Of a stretch of 64,000 bases of DNA, positions 1 to 10,434 are shown piece by piece. Made by a program: the position numbers and the translations under genes. Below the pieces are notes generated by a model. The model did not search any database, was not told where the DNA came from, and worked only from the letters and a program-made list of their open reading frames with translations. Origin of the DNA: an uncultured Acetatifactor sp. (GTDB lineage Bacteria > Bacillota > Clostridia > Lachnospirales > Lachnospiraceae); the NCBI GenBank assembly GCA_947588705.1, contig CANPYT010000001.1, positions 65,096-129,095 on the forward strand, written 5' to 3'. How positions within the stretch are numbered: position 1 is the stretch's first letter; every line of letters starts with the position of its first letter.

Positions 1-128
1 AGTATTACAGGAATGTAAAAAGGGGCTGCTGCCTTGTGCGGCGGCCCTGTTTTTCAGGGGAAAAAGGGGTGCCGGCCGCATGTGCGCCGGGCAGTATGTC
101 CGGGTACGGAAACGAAGAGGGAGAGTTT

Positions 129-1115
129 ATGACATTAGAGAAAATAGCGCAGGATCTGGGCGTTTCTAAGAGTACGGTGTCCCGGGCGCTGTCCGGGAAA
201 GGGCGGATCGGGGATGCCACGAGAAAAAGGATCCGGGAATACGCGACGGCTATGGGAGCCCATGAGGCAGGAAAGCCCGGGAAAAGGACATTTACGGGAA
301 ATCTGGGAGTGGTGCTGCCGGCGGATGTCTACGTGAGCGGCGCACCTTTCTTTCAGGAGTGTATCCTGGGTATCTGCGAGACCGCAAGCTTTCTGGACTA
401 TAACGTGTTAATCACCACTGCCACGCCGGAGAATGTGGACGGCATCAGGAGCCTGGTGGAGAAGGAGAAGGTGGACGGGGTGATCCTCACCAGGAGCCTG
501 GAGAACGACAGGGCTCTGCAATACCTGACGGAGGCCGGGTTCCCGACGGGGCTTACGGGACAGACGCCAAGGCCGGGGATTATCCGTGTGGATACGGACA
601 ATGAGATGGCGGCCGAGAACCTTGTCTCTTTGCTGCTGGGGAGGGGATACCGGCATTTTGCGCTGGTGCTGGACGATATGGAGTATATGGTGAACAAAAG
701 CCGTTATCGTGGCTTTTGCAACGCACTGGCCAGACACGGCCTGGATCCGGAAAAGCAGATGCTCCTGTTTGGGCCGTTAAAGGTGGATATGCTGGACTCC
801 GTCATTGGAAGTATGCTCTCCCGGCGGGTCCAGTGTGTGATCTGCGGGGATGACATTATCTGCACCCGGTTCATGTCCTGCCTGCAGGCGGAAGGGTATC
901 GGATCCCTAGGGATATCGGGGTGGCTTCGCTGTTTGACAGCCCGAACCTGGACTGCTTTACGCCCTCTGTCACGACGGTCAGGGTATCCGCCAGGCAGGT
1001 GGGGAATGTGATCAGCCGCCAGATGATCCATTCCCTCACGGGAAAGGAATATCAGGAGGAGACCATCGTGGATTATGAGATCCTGATGCGCAGATCTACA
1101 AATGTGACACTTTAG
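129..1115 (+). CDS. LacI-family transcriptional regulator
   Basis: N-terminal HTH MTLEKIAQDLGVSKSTVSRALSG followed by a sugar-binding-like domain. ATG at 129 follows a purine-rich SD (GAAGAGGGAG). The track start at 36 is an unsupported extension. Confidence 0.85.
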   Translation: MTLEKIAQDLGVSKSTVSRALSGKGRIGDATRKRIREYATAMGAHEAGKPGKRTFTGNLGVVLPADVYVSGAPFFQECILGICETASFLDYNVLITTATPENVDGIRSLVEKEKVDGVILTRSLENDRALQYLTEAGFPTGLTGQTPRPGIIRVDTDNEMAAENLVSLLLGRGYRHFALVLDDMEYMVNKSRYRGFCNALARHGLDPEKQMLLFGPLKVDMLDSVIGSMLSRRVQCVICGDDIICTRFMSCLQAEGYRIPRDIGVASLFDSPNLDCFTPSVTTVRVSARQVGNVISRQMIHSLTGKEYQEETIVDYEILMRRSTNVTL

Positions 1116-1212
1116 GGGAAAGAGGACAGTATCAGCCTGACCCTTGCAAGGAGCGCCGGATGTACCGGGCTGGAAAGGGAGAAGGATGGACTTTTAGGGA
1201 GAGACGCAGGAT

Positions 1213-2760
1213 ATGGGGGAATATCATTTTGAATTTTATCACGGTATGGATATATCGTTCCTGCCCCAGCAGCTGGATCAGGGGATGCGGGTGTACGACA
1301 GGGACGGAAAGGAGACGGAAGTCTTTGCGCTTTTAAAAAAGTACGGTGTGAACGCGGCGCGTCTGCGCCTTTGGCACACGCCGGAGAACGTGAAGGAATC
1401 CGGGGGATACTGTAACCTGAAGCACACGCTTCAGATGGCGGAAAAGATCCGGGAAAGCGGCATGAGTTTCCTGCTGGATTTTCATTACTCGGATTTCTGG
1501 GCGGATCCCGCCAACCAGAAAAAGCCGGCGGCCTGGGCGGGGCTTAACCGCCATGAGCTGGAGGAGGCGGTGTACACGTACACCAGGGATACCCTGAGGG
1601 CCTTTGACGCCCAGGGAACTTTGCCGGACATGGTGCAGATTGGAAATGAGATCCGCAGCGGCCTGTTGTTCCCGGAGGGGGAACTGCCGGATTTTCAAGG
1701 AATGACGGCCCTTGTAAACGCGGGGATCCAGGGAGCCAGGGATGCGGCGGGGCCGGAACGGATGAAGGTGATGATTCATCTGGATCAGGGAGGCAGGTAT
1801 GACTGGCTTAAAGGATGGTTCCAAGGGGCCATGGAGCAGGGGCTTCTGGACTTTGACCTGATCGGCCTGTCCTATTATCCTTTCTGGCACGGCACATATA
1901 TGGATCTGAAGAATTCCATGACCCGGCTGCTTGCGGATTATGGGAAGCCTATTTTCATCGTGGAGAACGCATACGCCTGGCGCAGCAGCGAAAGAGGCTT
2001 TATCGATGAGCAGCAGATCCGGCTCAGCGGCCTGCCCGCTTCCCCGGAGGGCCAGCGCAGGGAGCTGGAGGCAGTGATGCACCTGATCGCGTCGCTGCCG
2101 GATCATATGGGGAAGGGGCTCTACTACTGGGAGCCGCTGTGCGTTCCCGTGCCGGGACAGGGCGGCTGGGCGGAAAACATGGGGCTTTTGGATGAAAAGG
2201 GGAGGATTCTGGAGGGGATCCTGGCCTTTGGACGGAGCAGGGAGGAGATGGAGCGGGAGCCGGAGGGCTTCCGGGAACTGACCGGCATCCAGGAGACGGA
2301 GGAGACGCTTCCCGTAGAGCGGCAGGGAGAAAACCTGTTGGAAAACGGAGATTTTTCCAGAGGAATGGCGTGCTGGCGGACGGAGACGCAAGAGGAGACG
2401 GCCCAGGCGGAGCTCACGCCTGCGTGGGAAGAGGGGAAGCGCCAGCCCCGGACACTGCGGATCCAGGCCCGGCGGAATTTCCGGTTCACATTAAGCTGCA
2501 GGGCAGAAATCCCGGAGGATGGCTGTTACAGCCTGTTTGTGGAACTTAAGGGCGTGGACACTACGGGGGTGGACGTGAGGCTCTTTGTGGAGAGCGGCGG
2601 AAAGCGATGGGAGACGGTGATCCACCCGGCGGAACATGCCTGGCTTGTGTATGAGGTCCGGGATGCGGTCTGCAGCGGGGGAGAAGCCGTTGTGGGTATT
2701 CAGATCCTGGCGCCGCCCCTTTACGTAGCAGTCAGGAACTTCTGCCTTGTCAGAAGGTAA
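1213..2760 (+). CDS. GH53 arabinogalactan endo-beta-1,4-galactanase with C-terminal CBM-like domain, no signal peptide
   Basis: GH53 hallmarks: FLLDFHYSDFWADPANQKKP, VQIGNEIRSG and FIVENAYAW. The C-terminal ~150 aa look like a beta-sandwich (ENGDFSRG...). The N-terminus has no hydrophobic leader. Confidence 0.8.
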   Translation: MGEYHFEFYHGMDISFLPQQLDQGMRVYDRDGKETEVFALLKKYGVNAARLRLWHTPENVKESGGYCNLKHTLQMAEKIRESGMSFLLDFHYSDFWADPANQKKPAAWAGLNRHELEEAVYTYTRDTLRAFDAQGTLPDMVQIGNEIRSGLLFPEGELPDFQGMTALVNAGIQGARDAAGPERMKVMIHLDQGGRYDWLKGWFQGAMEQGLLDFDLIGLSYYPFWHGTYMDLKNSMTRLLADYGKPIFIVENAYAWRSSERGFIDEQQIRLSGLPASPEGQRRELEAVMHLIASLPDHMGKGLYYWEPLCVPVPGQGGWAENMGLLDEKGRILEGILAFGRSREEMEREPEGFRELTGIQETEETLPVERQGENLLENGDFSRGMACWRTETQEETAQAELTPAWEEGKRQPRTLRIQARRNFRFTLSCRAEIPEDGCYSLFVELKGVDTTGVDVRLFVESGGKRWETVIHPAEHAWLVYEVRDAVCSGGEAVVGIQILAPPLYVAVRNFCLVRR

Positions 2761-2860
2761 GGGAACAAAACGCTTTTTTCGCTGACGGGATGAGATGGCG
2801 AAAGGGCTGCTACGCCGCAAAAACGCAAAGCGAATACGTTCGCTTGGAATGGAGGTCTGT

Positions 2861-5002
2861 ATGGGAACAGAGTACACTTATGACAGTCAATGTCTTTATA
2901 GGGACGGAAAGCCTTGGTTTCCGGTGATGGGAGAAATGCATTTTACCAGGTACAGAAAAGAGCTGTGGGAGGAATCCCTGCGGAAAATGAAAGCGGGCGG
3001 CGTCAGCATTGTGTCCACTTATCTGATCTGGATCCACCATGAGGAGGAGCAGGGAAACTTTGATTTTACCGGCTGCAGGGATCTGAGGTCCTTTTTGGAG
3101 CTGTGTAAAAAGGTGGAACTGAAGGTGTTTCTGCGGCTGGGCCCCTGGGTTCACGGGGAAGTGCGAAACGGGGGATTTCCGGACTGGCTGGTGAAGCTGG
3201 AGCGGGAGGGGATTGCCGTCCGCAGCAACGACGAGACATATCTGGGTTATGTAAGGAGATTCTGGAGCCGGGTCTACGAGCAGGCAAAAGGGATGATGCA
3301 CGAAGACGGAGGCCCCGTTATCGGCGTACAGATCGAGAACGAATACGGCCATGTGGGCGGACTGCGGGGAGAGGAGGGAGAAGCTCATATGAGGACCCTG
3401 CAGGCATTGGCGGAGGAATTGGGCTTTCGGGTTCCTCTGTACACTGCCACAGGCTGGGGCGGGGCTGTGATCGGAGATGCGCTGCCGGTGATGGGAGGTT
3501 ACTGCGATGCACCCTGGGATCAAAGCGTAAAGGAGCTATCCGCCAGCACAAACTATATTATCAGCCATGAGCGCAACGACGCGCTGATCGCCTGCGACCA
3601 TCATGTGGAGGGCGCGGTGACCTTTGACGAGTCTAAATTCCCGTATCTCACGGCGGAACTGGGGGGAGGCATTCAGGTCACGGCCCACAGGAGACCTGTG
3701 GGAACGGGAAAGGATATCGGCGCCATGTCAACCGTAAAGCTGGCCAGCGGAGCCGCCCTCCTGGGTTATTACATGTATCACGGCGGCAGCAACCCCGAGG
3801 GAAAACTTTCCACCCTGCAGGAGAGCCGCGCCACAGGATATGCCAATGATCTGCCTGAGATCAACTATGATTTCAACGCTCCCATCAGGCAGTATGGCTC
3901 TATTTCGGACAGCTATAGGGAGGTCAGGCTGCTGGCACAGTTTTTGGAGGATTTTGGCGAGGATTTGGCGGCGTTGCCCGCCAGCATCGACCCGGATGGT
4001 GTGAAGCCGGAGGATATGCACACGCTTCGGAAATCCGTAAGGCATGATGGCCGGCACGGGTATGTGTTTTACAATAATTATGTGCGGAACCGGACTATGG
4101 ACGCCCATGAGGGGGTGGTCTTTACCGGCCCCTGCGAGGATGGGGATGTGGTGTTTCCCAAGACGGATATTCCCGGCGGCACATTCGGATTCTTTCCTTA
4201 CCATATGCGCCTTGGGGAAGCGGAACTGGTGTCTGCCCTTGCCACCCCGCTGTGCCGGATCCATGATAAGGACGGGGAGGTGTTTGTCTTTTACGGGGAT
4301 CAGGAGCCATGCTTTTCCTGGAAGGGAGGGAAGGCAGCACGAGTGCTGCATCTGACCCGACAGCAGGCATTGAACGCCTGCAAACTCATGCTGGACAGGG
4401 AATACCTGGTATTGGCGGATAACTTTGTCTGGGAAGAGGACGGAAAGCTGAAAGCCGTGGGAGGGGAAGAGACCAGGATTTTGTCCTATCCGGCATTTAC
4501 CGAAACGCCGGAAGGGTTTTCGCCTGCGGGTACGGAGGGCAGCTTCGCGGCATATGTGAGAAAACGCGGCGAAAGAGCCGCCGTAACCTTTCGGGAGTCT
4601 GGACGCGGCGTCAGGCCGGCGGGCGAAAAGGCGGATTCCTCCGTGCCGGGGGAGGCGCTTATGGAGAAAGAGAGAGCGTGGACGGAATACCGGGTGAAGA
4701 TTTCCTATCCTGAAAAGCTGCGGGGGCAGGACCGCATTGAGGGGCGCGATACCTGGCTGTGGATCAGCTACAGCGGATTCGGCATGGAGATCCTGGCCCA
4801 GGGACAAAAGCTGAACGATCATTTTTACACAGGACAGAAGGTGCCGGTGAGCCTCGGATATTTTGACTTTCCGGAGGAACTTGTGATCCGGGTGTACGCA
4901 CTGTATGAGGAGGATTGGGTCTATCTGGAAAAATGGCCCCCTCTGACGGACGGCAAGGTGTGCAGCCTGGACGGCCTGGACTTGACGGAAGAATATAGAT
5001 AG
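2861..5002 (+). CDS. GH35 beta-galactosidase
   Basis: GH35 motifs: VSTYLIWIHHEEEQGNFDF, LRLGPWVHGEVRNGGFPDWL and GVQIENEYG. ATG at 2861 follows GGAGG. The track start at 2795 is probably too long. Confidence 0.8.
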   Translation: MGTEYTYDSQCLYRDGKPWFPVMGEMHFTRYRKELWEESLRKMKAGGVSIVSTYLIWIHHEEEQGNFDFTGCRDLRSFLELCKKVELKVFLRLGPWVHGEVRNGGFPDWLVKLEREGIAVRSNDETYLGYVRRFWSRVYEQAKGMMHEDGGPVIGVQIENEYGHVGGLRGEEGEAHMRTLQALAEELGFRVPLYTATGWGGAVIGDALPVMGGYCDAPWDQSVKELSASTNYIISHERNDALIACDHHVEGAVTFDESKFPYLTAELGGGIQVTAHRRPVGTGKDIGAMSTVKLASGAALLGYYMYHGGSNPEGKLSTLQESRATGYANDLPEINYDFNAPIRQYGSISDSYREVRLLAQFLEDFGEDLAALPASIDPDGVKPEDMHTLRKSVRHDGRHGYVFYNNYVRNRTMDAHEGVVFTGPCEDGDVVFPKTDIPGGTFGFFPYHMRLGEAELVSALATPLCRIHDKDGEVFVFYGDQEPCFSWKGGKAARVLHLTRQQALNACKLMLDREYLVLADNFVWEEDGKLKAVGGEETRILSYPAFTETPEGFSPAGTEGSFAAYVRKRGERAAVTFRESGRGVRPAGEKADSSVPGEALMEKERAWTEYRVKISYPEKLRGQDRIEGRDTWLWISYSGFGMEILAQGQKLNDHFYTGQKVPVSLGYFDFPEELVIRVYALYEEDWVYLEKWPPLTDGKVCSLDGLDLTEEYR

Positions 5003-5109
5003 GGTGTTTAGGGCGGGGGCAGCTTCCCGGGCAAATGACCGGCTTGCTGATTGCTTTTGGCAGCTTTGTTATAGCGTTGCTTGCCTTTCTCGACAGAGAC
5101 AAGGATCAC

Positions 5110-5180
5110 AAGCCTTTTGTATTTGCGAATGGCGCGGAATGAGCTGTTATCATAAAATGGCGCTTCGCCGGCTGCGGCTC
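5110..5180. repeat. Intergenic palindromic repeat family, degenerate copy A
   Basis: TTTGCGAATGGCGCGGAATGAGCTGTT followed by ATCATAAAATGGCGCTTCGCCGGCTGCGGC. Confidence 0.6.
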
Positions 5181-5238
5181 TTTCTTTTTTTCTCGATCCA
5201 TGTTACACTGTATAAAACATAAGTTGCAGGAGGCGTTT

Positions 5239-6510
5239 ATGCTGCTGATCAAAAATGGTTATATGATGGATCCGAAATCCGGGAAAGACGGCAACTATGA
5301 TATATTGACGGAGAAAGACCGTATCCAGAGGATTGGGAAAAGCCTCGTTCCGCCTGCCGGCTGTAAGGTGATCGACGCGGAGGGCCTGCTGGTGGCGCCG
5401 GGCCTGGTGGATGTGCATGTGCACTTCCGGGAGCCGGGATTTCCCGAGAAGGAGGACATTACCACAGGGGCGGCCGCCGCGGCAAGGGGCGGTTATACCA
5501 CGGTTGTGATGATGGCAAATACAAAGCCTGCCGTAGATAATAGCGAGACCCTTCATTATGTGCTGAAACGGGGAAAGGAGACAGGGATCCATGTATATGC
5601 CTGCGCCAATGTGACCATGGGGATGGAGGGAAAGGAGCTCACGCCGATGAAAGAGCTGGCTGCTCTTGGCGCGGCCGGATTTACCGACGACGGGGTCCCG
5701 CTTCTGGATGAGGCCCTCGTCCGAAAGGCCATGGAGGAAGCGGCGGCGCTGGATCTGCCGGTCAGCTTTCATGAGGAAGATCCGAGGCTGATCTCGGAGA
5801 ACGGCATCAACAGGGGAGAAGCAAGCAGGCTGCTGGGAATCGGAGGCTCGCCGAGAGAGGCCGAGATCACGCTGGTGGAGCGGGATCTGAAGATGGCCCT
5901 GGAGACGGGGGCCAGCATCAATATTCAACACATCAGCACAGCGGAGAGTGTGGAGCTTGTGCGCCGTGCCAGGGAAAAGGGAACCAATATACATGCCGAG
6001 GCTACCCCGCACCATTTTACACTGACGGAGACGGCGGTGGCGGAGTACGGCTCCATGGCCAAGATGAATCCTCCGCTGCGCACAGAGGCGGATCGGATGG
6101 AGATCATAAAGGGATTGGTAGACGGCACTATCGATATGATCGCCACTGACCATGCGCCCCATACTGCGGAGGAGAAGGCAAAACCCATCACGCAGGCGCC
6201 CAGCGGCATCATCGGGCTTGAGACGGCGTTGGCGCTGGGGATCACGGAACTGGTGGACAAGGGATATCTGACGATGTGCCAGCTTTTACGCCTTATGAGC
6301 ACTAATCCGGCTGCGCTGTACCATCTGGATGCGGGATACCTGGAGGAGGGAGGCCCGGCGGATTTGGTGCTTATCGACACTTACGGCACGGTAGTTCCCG
6401 GTGGGTATGCCTCCAAAGCGTGTAACTCGCCCTTTACCGGCTGGAAGCTGAAGGGCAGGGTGGTAAAGACCATCGCCTCCGGCGTGGAAGTGTACGGTAC
6501 AAGGAAATAG
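5239..6510 (+). CDS. pyrC: Dihydroorotase
   Basis: MLLIKNG..., VDVHVHFREPG metal-binding motif and ATDHAPH. AGGAGG lies 6 nt upstream of ATG 5239. Confidence 0.9.
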   Translation: MLLIKNGYMMDPKSGKDGNYDILTEKDRIQRIGKSLVPPAGCKVIDAEGLLVAPGLVDVHVHFREPGFPEKEDITTGAAAAARGGYTTVVMMANTKPAVDNSETLHYVLKRGKETGIHVYACANVTMGMEGKELTPMKELAALGAAGFTDDGVPLLDEALVRKAMEEAAALDLPVSFHEEDPRLISENGINRGEASRLLGIGGSPREAEITLVERDLKMALETGASINIQHISTAESVELVRRAREKGTNIHAEATPHHFTLTETAVAEYGSMAKMNPPLRTEADRMEIIKGLVDGTIDMIATDHAPHTAEEKAKPITQAPSGIIGLETALALGITELVDKGYLTMCQLLRLMSTNPAALYHLDAGYLEEGGPADLVLIDTYGTVVPGGYASKACNSPFTGWKLKGRVVKTIASGVEVYGTRK

Positions 6511-6585
6511 GCGGAGGGAACAGATGCCGCCCGGGAACCGATCCGGGAAATGAGCAGGATAAATAATGAAGAAAGGATATGTTCG

Positions 6586-7356
6586 ATGAAACAGAAGCAG
6601 ACAGCAAGGGTGATCTCCCAGCGGGAGCTGGCTCCCGGAATCTTGGATATGTGGCTGGATACGGAGCTGGCCGTCCAGGCCCGGCCGGGCCAGTTCCTCA
6701 ATCTGTATACGAAGGATAAGAGCCTTCTGCTGCCACGGCCCATCAGTATTTGTGAGGTCAGGGAGGACGGAAGGGCTTTGCGCATGGTATACCGCATTGT
6801 GGGGAAGGGAACCGGAGAATTTTCGCGATATCGGGAAGGAGATCCCATAGAGATCCTCGGGCCCCTGGGAAACGGGTTCCCTTATGAGAAGTCCGTGGGA
6901 AAGAAGGTGTTTCTCATGGGAGGCGGCATCGGGATCCCGCCCATGCTGGAGCTGGCGAAGCGGCTGAAAGCGGAAAAGCAGATCGTATTGGGCTATCGGA
7001 ACGGCGATCTGTTTTTGGGAGAGGATCTGGAAAAATATGGAAGGGTATTTGTGGCGACTGAGGACGGCAGCGCGGGAACGAAGGGGAATGTCATGGATGC
7101 GGTCCGGGAGAATGGGCTGGAAGCGGAACTGATTTATGCCTGCGGCCCCCTGCCCATGCTCAGGGCGGTCAAGGCATTTGCGGCGGAGAGGGGCATCCCC
7201 GCCTATATTTCTCTGGAGGAGCGTATGGCCTGCGGCGTGGGAGCCTGCCTGGGCTGTGTGGTGAAGACGAGGGCGGTTCATCCCCATACCAATGTGAATA
7301 ATGCGAGGATCTGTACGGATGGACCGGTTTTTGAGGCCGGAGAAGTGGAGATATAA
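6586..7356 (+). CDS. pyrK: Dihydroorotate dehydrogenase electron-transfer subunit
   Basis: FAD/NAD-binding ferredoxin-reductase fold (RPISI, GGGIGIPP). C-terminal Cys cluster CGVGACLGCV. Sits between pyrC and pyrD. Confidence 0.85.
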   Translation: MKQKQTARVISQRELAPGILDMWLDTELAVQARPGQFLNLYTKDKSLLLPRPISICEVREDGRALRMVYRIVGKGTGEFSRYREGDPIEILGPLGNGFPYEKSVGKKVFLMGGGIGIPPMLELAKRLKAEKQIVLGYRNGDLFLGEDLEKYGRVFVATEDGSAGTKGNVMDAVRENGLEAELIYACGPLPMLRAVKAFAAERGIPAYISLEERMACGVGACLGCVVKTRAVHPHTNVNNARICTDGPVFEAGEVEI

Positions 7357-7404
7357 GAGGAGGAAAGGACGGAGTGTGCGCGGAGAGACACAGGGGGTAA
7401 GGGA

Positions 7405-8313
7405 ATGAACACACAGACAACGATAGCGGGAGTGACATTGAAAAATCCGGTGATGACAGCATCGGGCACCTTTGGATCCGGGATGGAATATTCGGAATAC
7501 CTGGATCTGAACCGTCTGGGCGCTGTAGTGACCAAGGGAGTGTCCAATGTGCCCTGGCCGGGGAATCCCACTCCGAGAGTGGCGGAAGTCTACGGAGGGA
7601 TGCTGAATGCCATCGGTCTTCAGAATCCAGGACTGGATGTTTTTCGAAAGCGGGATCTCCCTTTTCTGGAACAGTTTGATACCAAGGTGATCGTGAACGT
7701 CTGCGGAAAGACGGTGGAAGATTATGTGGCGGTAGTGGAACAGCTGGGGGAGGAAACCTCTGTGGCGATGCTGGAGATCAATGTCTCCTGCCCGAATGTT
7801 AAGGAGGGCGCTATTGCTTTCGGCCAGAAGACGGAGGCTTTGTATGGCATTACCAGAGAGATCAAGCGGTACGCGAAGCAACCTGTGATCATGAAGCTGA
7901 GCCCCAATGTCACGGACATCGGAGAGATGGCAAAGGCGGCGGAGGCGGCCGGAGCGGACGCGGTGTCTTTGATCAATACCATCACGGGAATGAAGATCGA
8001 TATTCACAGACGGAGGTTTGCGCTTGCCAATAGGACAGGCGGCCTGAGCGGGCCTGCCATCAAGCCTGTGGCGGTGCGTATGGTTTATCAGGCAGCCCAG
8101 GCGGTAAAGATACCTGTCATCGGGATGGGCGGGATCGCCACGGGGGAGGACGCGGTGGAATTCCTGCTGGCAGGAGCCAGTGCCGTCAGTGTCGGCGCGA
8201 TGAACTTTGTAGACCCGCTTACCACGATAAAGGTGATAGAAGGCATTGAAGCCTATATGGAACAATATCATATCGAAAACCTGAGCGACCTGATCGGGGC
8301 CGTGGAGGGATAA
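7405..8313 (+). CDS. pyrD: Dihydroorotate dehydrogenase catalytic subunit (class 1B)
   Basis: LKNPVMTASGTFG, NVSCPNV and GGLSGPAIKP motifs. Confidence 0.9.
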   Translation: MNTQTTIAGVTLKNPVMTASGTFGSGMEYSEYLDLNRLGAVVTKGVSNVPWPGNPTPRVAEVYGGMLNAIGLQNPGLDVFRKRDLPFLEQFDTKVIVNVCGKTVEDYVAVVEQLGEETSVAMLEINVSCPNVKEGAIAFGQKTEALYGITREIKRYAKQPVIMKLSPNVTDIGEMAKAAEAAGADAVSLINTITGMKIDIHRRRFALANRTGGLSGPAIKPVAVRMVYQAAQAVKIPVIGMGGIATGEDAVEFLLAGASAVSVGAMNFVDPLTTIKVIEGIEAYMEQYHIENLSDLIGAVEG

Positions 8314-8369
8314 AACGCGAAGTACCTTCATATATATACTTATATCAGTATATGTCTGGAGGTATTTTT

Positions 8370-9920
8370 GTGGAGCTGATCAAGAGAAACATACATATGG
8401 ATCGCGTCAGGACGGAAGCGGTCACGCAGTTTACCCTGGAGGACGATGCCAACCTGCCGGAAAACAAACCGGATGTGAGCAGCCTGAATCTGGAAAAAGG
8501 GGAGCTGGTGGTGGATGAGATCCGCCCCGGCACCGATTCTGTCATGGTGAGGGGCCGGCTGTGCTATGTGGTGCTGTATCACACTATGGAGGAGGGCAGC
8601 AGCCTTGTAGTGATAGAGGGAAAGCTCCCCTTTGAAGAAAAAATCAATGTGCAGGGAGTAAACCCGGCGGACACGGTGGCGGTGGAAGGGGAAGTGGAGG
8701 ATCTGACCATAGGAACGATCAACTCCCGGAAGCTGAGCGTACAGTCTCTGATCACCCTGACGGCAAGGGTGGAAGAGCTGTATGACGAGGAGGCGCCCAT
8801 AGCGATCCACGGGGAGGAGAAGGCGGAATATAGGCAGATGCCTTTGAATCTTGCCCAGATCGCCATCTGCAAAAACGATATCTACCGGCTCAAGGAAGAA
8901 GTGACGCTCCCCTCCAACTATCCCAATATCTTTCAGATCCTTTGGAGCAACCTTTCGCTGGGGGATGTGGAATTTAAGGCGCTGGAGGAAAAGCTCACTG
9001 TGTCAGGGGATATACATCTCTTTGTGTTGTATGAGGGAGAAGGAGAGGATCATCCCGTCCGCTCTTTTGAATCTACCCTGCCATTCAGCGGCGTCCTGGA
9101 GTGCCATGGGTGCCAGGAAGGGATGCTGCCGGATATCCGGTATCGCCTGGGGCAGCAGGAGCTGACGGTCCGGCCCGATTTTGACGGGGAGGAGCGAAGT
9201 ATCGGCCTGGAGCTGGTGATGGACATCTTTATTCGTGTCTACGAGGAGGAGAAGCTGGACATCATCTCTGACATTTACGGCGTATCCAGCGAGATCAGCA
9301 CAGTGTCCCACCGGGCCGACCTGAGACGGCTCCTGGCGCGTGTGACCGGAAAGACCAAGGTCACAGACCGGATCCATGTGGCTGGCGGAAGTGTACTGCA
9401 GCTTTTGCACAGCGAGGGAAGTGTGGAACTGGAACAGCAGAGCACGGTGGAGAATGGCATACTGCTGCAGGGAAGCCTGACCGTGAAGGTACTCTATATT
9501 ACCGGCGAAGATGACGCGCCTTACGGCTGTACGCAGGCGCAGATCCCTTACCGCTATACTCTGGAAGTGCCGGACATTTCCCCGGAGGATCTGGGGAAGG
9601 TGCGGTCGGAAGTGGAACAGCTTCAGGTGACTATGCTGGATGGGGAAGAAATGGACGTAAAAGCTGTGCTCAGCTTTTCCACAGTGGTATTTAAAAACAT
9701 TCCCGTGGATCTGATCAGCCAGGTGACGGTATCCGAGCTGGACAGCGGCAAGATGAGCAGCCTGCCGGGAATGGTGGTTTATGTGGTTAAACAGGGAGAT
9801 AACCTGTGGAATATTGGGAAAAAATATTACGTGCCCGTGGAAACGTTGCGGGAGCTGAATTCGCTGGACAGCGACGAGCTGATGCCGGGCCAGAAGCTTT
9901 TGATCGTGAAGGGCGGCTGA
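8370..9920 (+). CDS. SPOCS/DUF3794-type sporulation-associated protein with C-terminal LysM
   Basis: VELIKRNIHMDR N-terminus is typical of the family. C-terminal LysM: VVKQGDNLWNIGKKYYVPVETLRELNSL...GQKLLI. GTG at 8370 lies 7 nt after GGAGG. Confidence 0.65.
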   Translation: MELIKRNIHMDRVRTEAVTQFTLEDDANLPENKPDVSSLNLEKGELVVDEIRPGTDSVMVRGRLCYVVLYHTMEEGSSLVVIEGKLPFEEKINVQGVNPADTVAVEGEVEDLTIGTINSRKLSVQSLITLTARVEELYDEEAPIAIHGEEKAEYRQMPLNLAQIAICKNDIYRLKEEVTLPSNYPNIFQILWSNLSLGDVEFKALEEKLTVSGDIHLFVLYEGEGEDHPVRSFESTLPFSGVLECHGCQEGMLPDIRYRLGQQELTVRPDFDGEERSIGLELVMDIFIRVYEEEKLDIISDIYGVSSEISTVSHRADLRRLLARVTGKTKVTDRIHVAGGSVLQLLHSEGSVELEQQSTVENGILLQGSLTVKVLYITGEDDAPYGCTQAQIPYRYTLEVPDISPEDLGKVRSEVEQLQVTMLDGEEMDVKAVLSFSTVVFKNIPVDLISQVTVSELDSGKMSSLPGMVVYVVKQGDNLWNIGKKYYVPVETLRELNSLDSDELMPGQKLLIVKGG

Positions 9921-9991
9921 AAAAGGGTTGATTTTTTGTTAAAAGCATACAACGTATTCTGAGAAAAGAGCTGGAATAGCGGACATTTGGG

Positions 9992-10033
9992 CTGGAAAAT
10001 GTGTAATATGGTCATTTTCCAGTCTTTTCTTTT
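9992..10033 (+). terminator. Rho-independent terminator
   Basis: 10-bp stem CTGGAAAATG / CATTTTCCAG followed by TCTTTTCTTTT. Confidence 0.7.
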
Positions 10034-10215
10034 GCTCTGTGATGTCAATATGATGGAATAGTCAGTTATGCATATTTTCAGATAGACCGCCAACGCTGAA
10101 AAATTTCTGTTGGAATGAAACAGGGGATTAGGTATCGCGTTAGCTTTGGCAGGAAACCGATTTGCTATTTCTCTTGAAAATGTATGGAAAATAGAAGTGC
10201 TTTTTGATAAAATGA

Positions 10216-10416
10216 ATGACAGGGTCCGCATTCAAAAAAATGGGTATATTTGATGTAGAAAAGTTTACTGGTAAGATGATCGCTGTTGTTCATAGAAATG
10301 ATGATGTGGAAGATAAATGGATTGTTGCACCTGCAGGGATGGCTTTTGCAAACAATGAAATTATGGAGCAGATCCGTTTTCAGGAACGATATTTTGATAG
10401 TGAGATTGAGAAATAA
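10216..10416 (+). CDS. Small hypothetical protein (possible gene remnant) in AT-rich island
   Basis: ORF only. No motif recognised. Lies in a visibly AT-richer stretch. Confidence 0.3.
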   Translation: MTGSAFKKMGIFDVEKFTGKMIAVVHRNDDVEDKWIVAPAGMAFANNEIMEQIRFQERYFDSEIEK

Positions 10417-10434
10417 AGGTTGGTGGTATTAGGA

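Noticed and set aside
6286-8331. Very long antisense ORFs, for example:
- 6286-8331 (681 aa)
- 17299-18711
- 30483-31616
- 31013-32110
- 43478-45016
- 47030-48133
- 49357-50742
- 52165-53583
   Set aside because: Each lies opposite a gene with unmistakable family motifs (pyrK/pyrD, asnS, MATE, M23, metK, dnaE, pfkA). Their translations are Arg/Pro/His/Gly-rich low-complexity strings, typical of GC-rich antisense frames.
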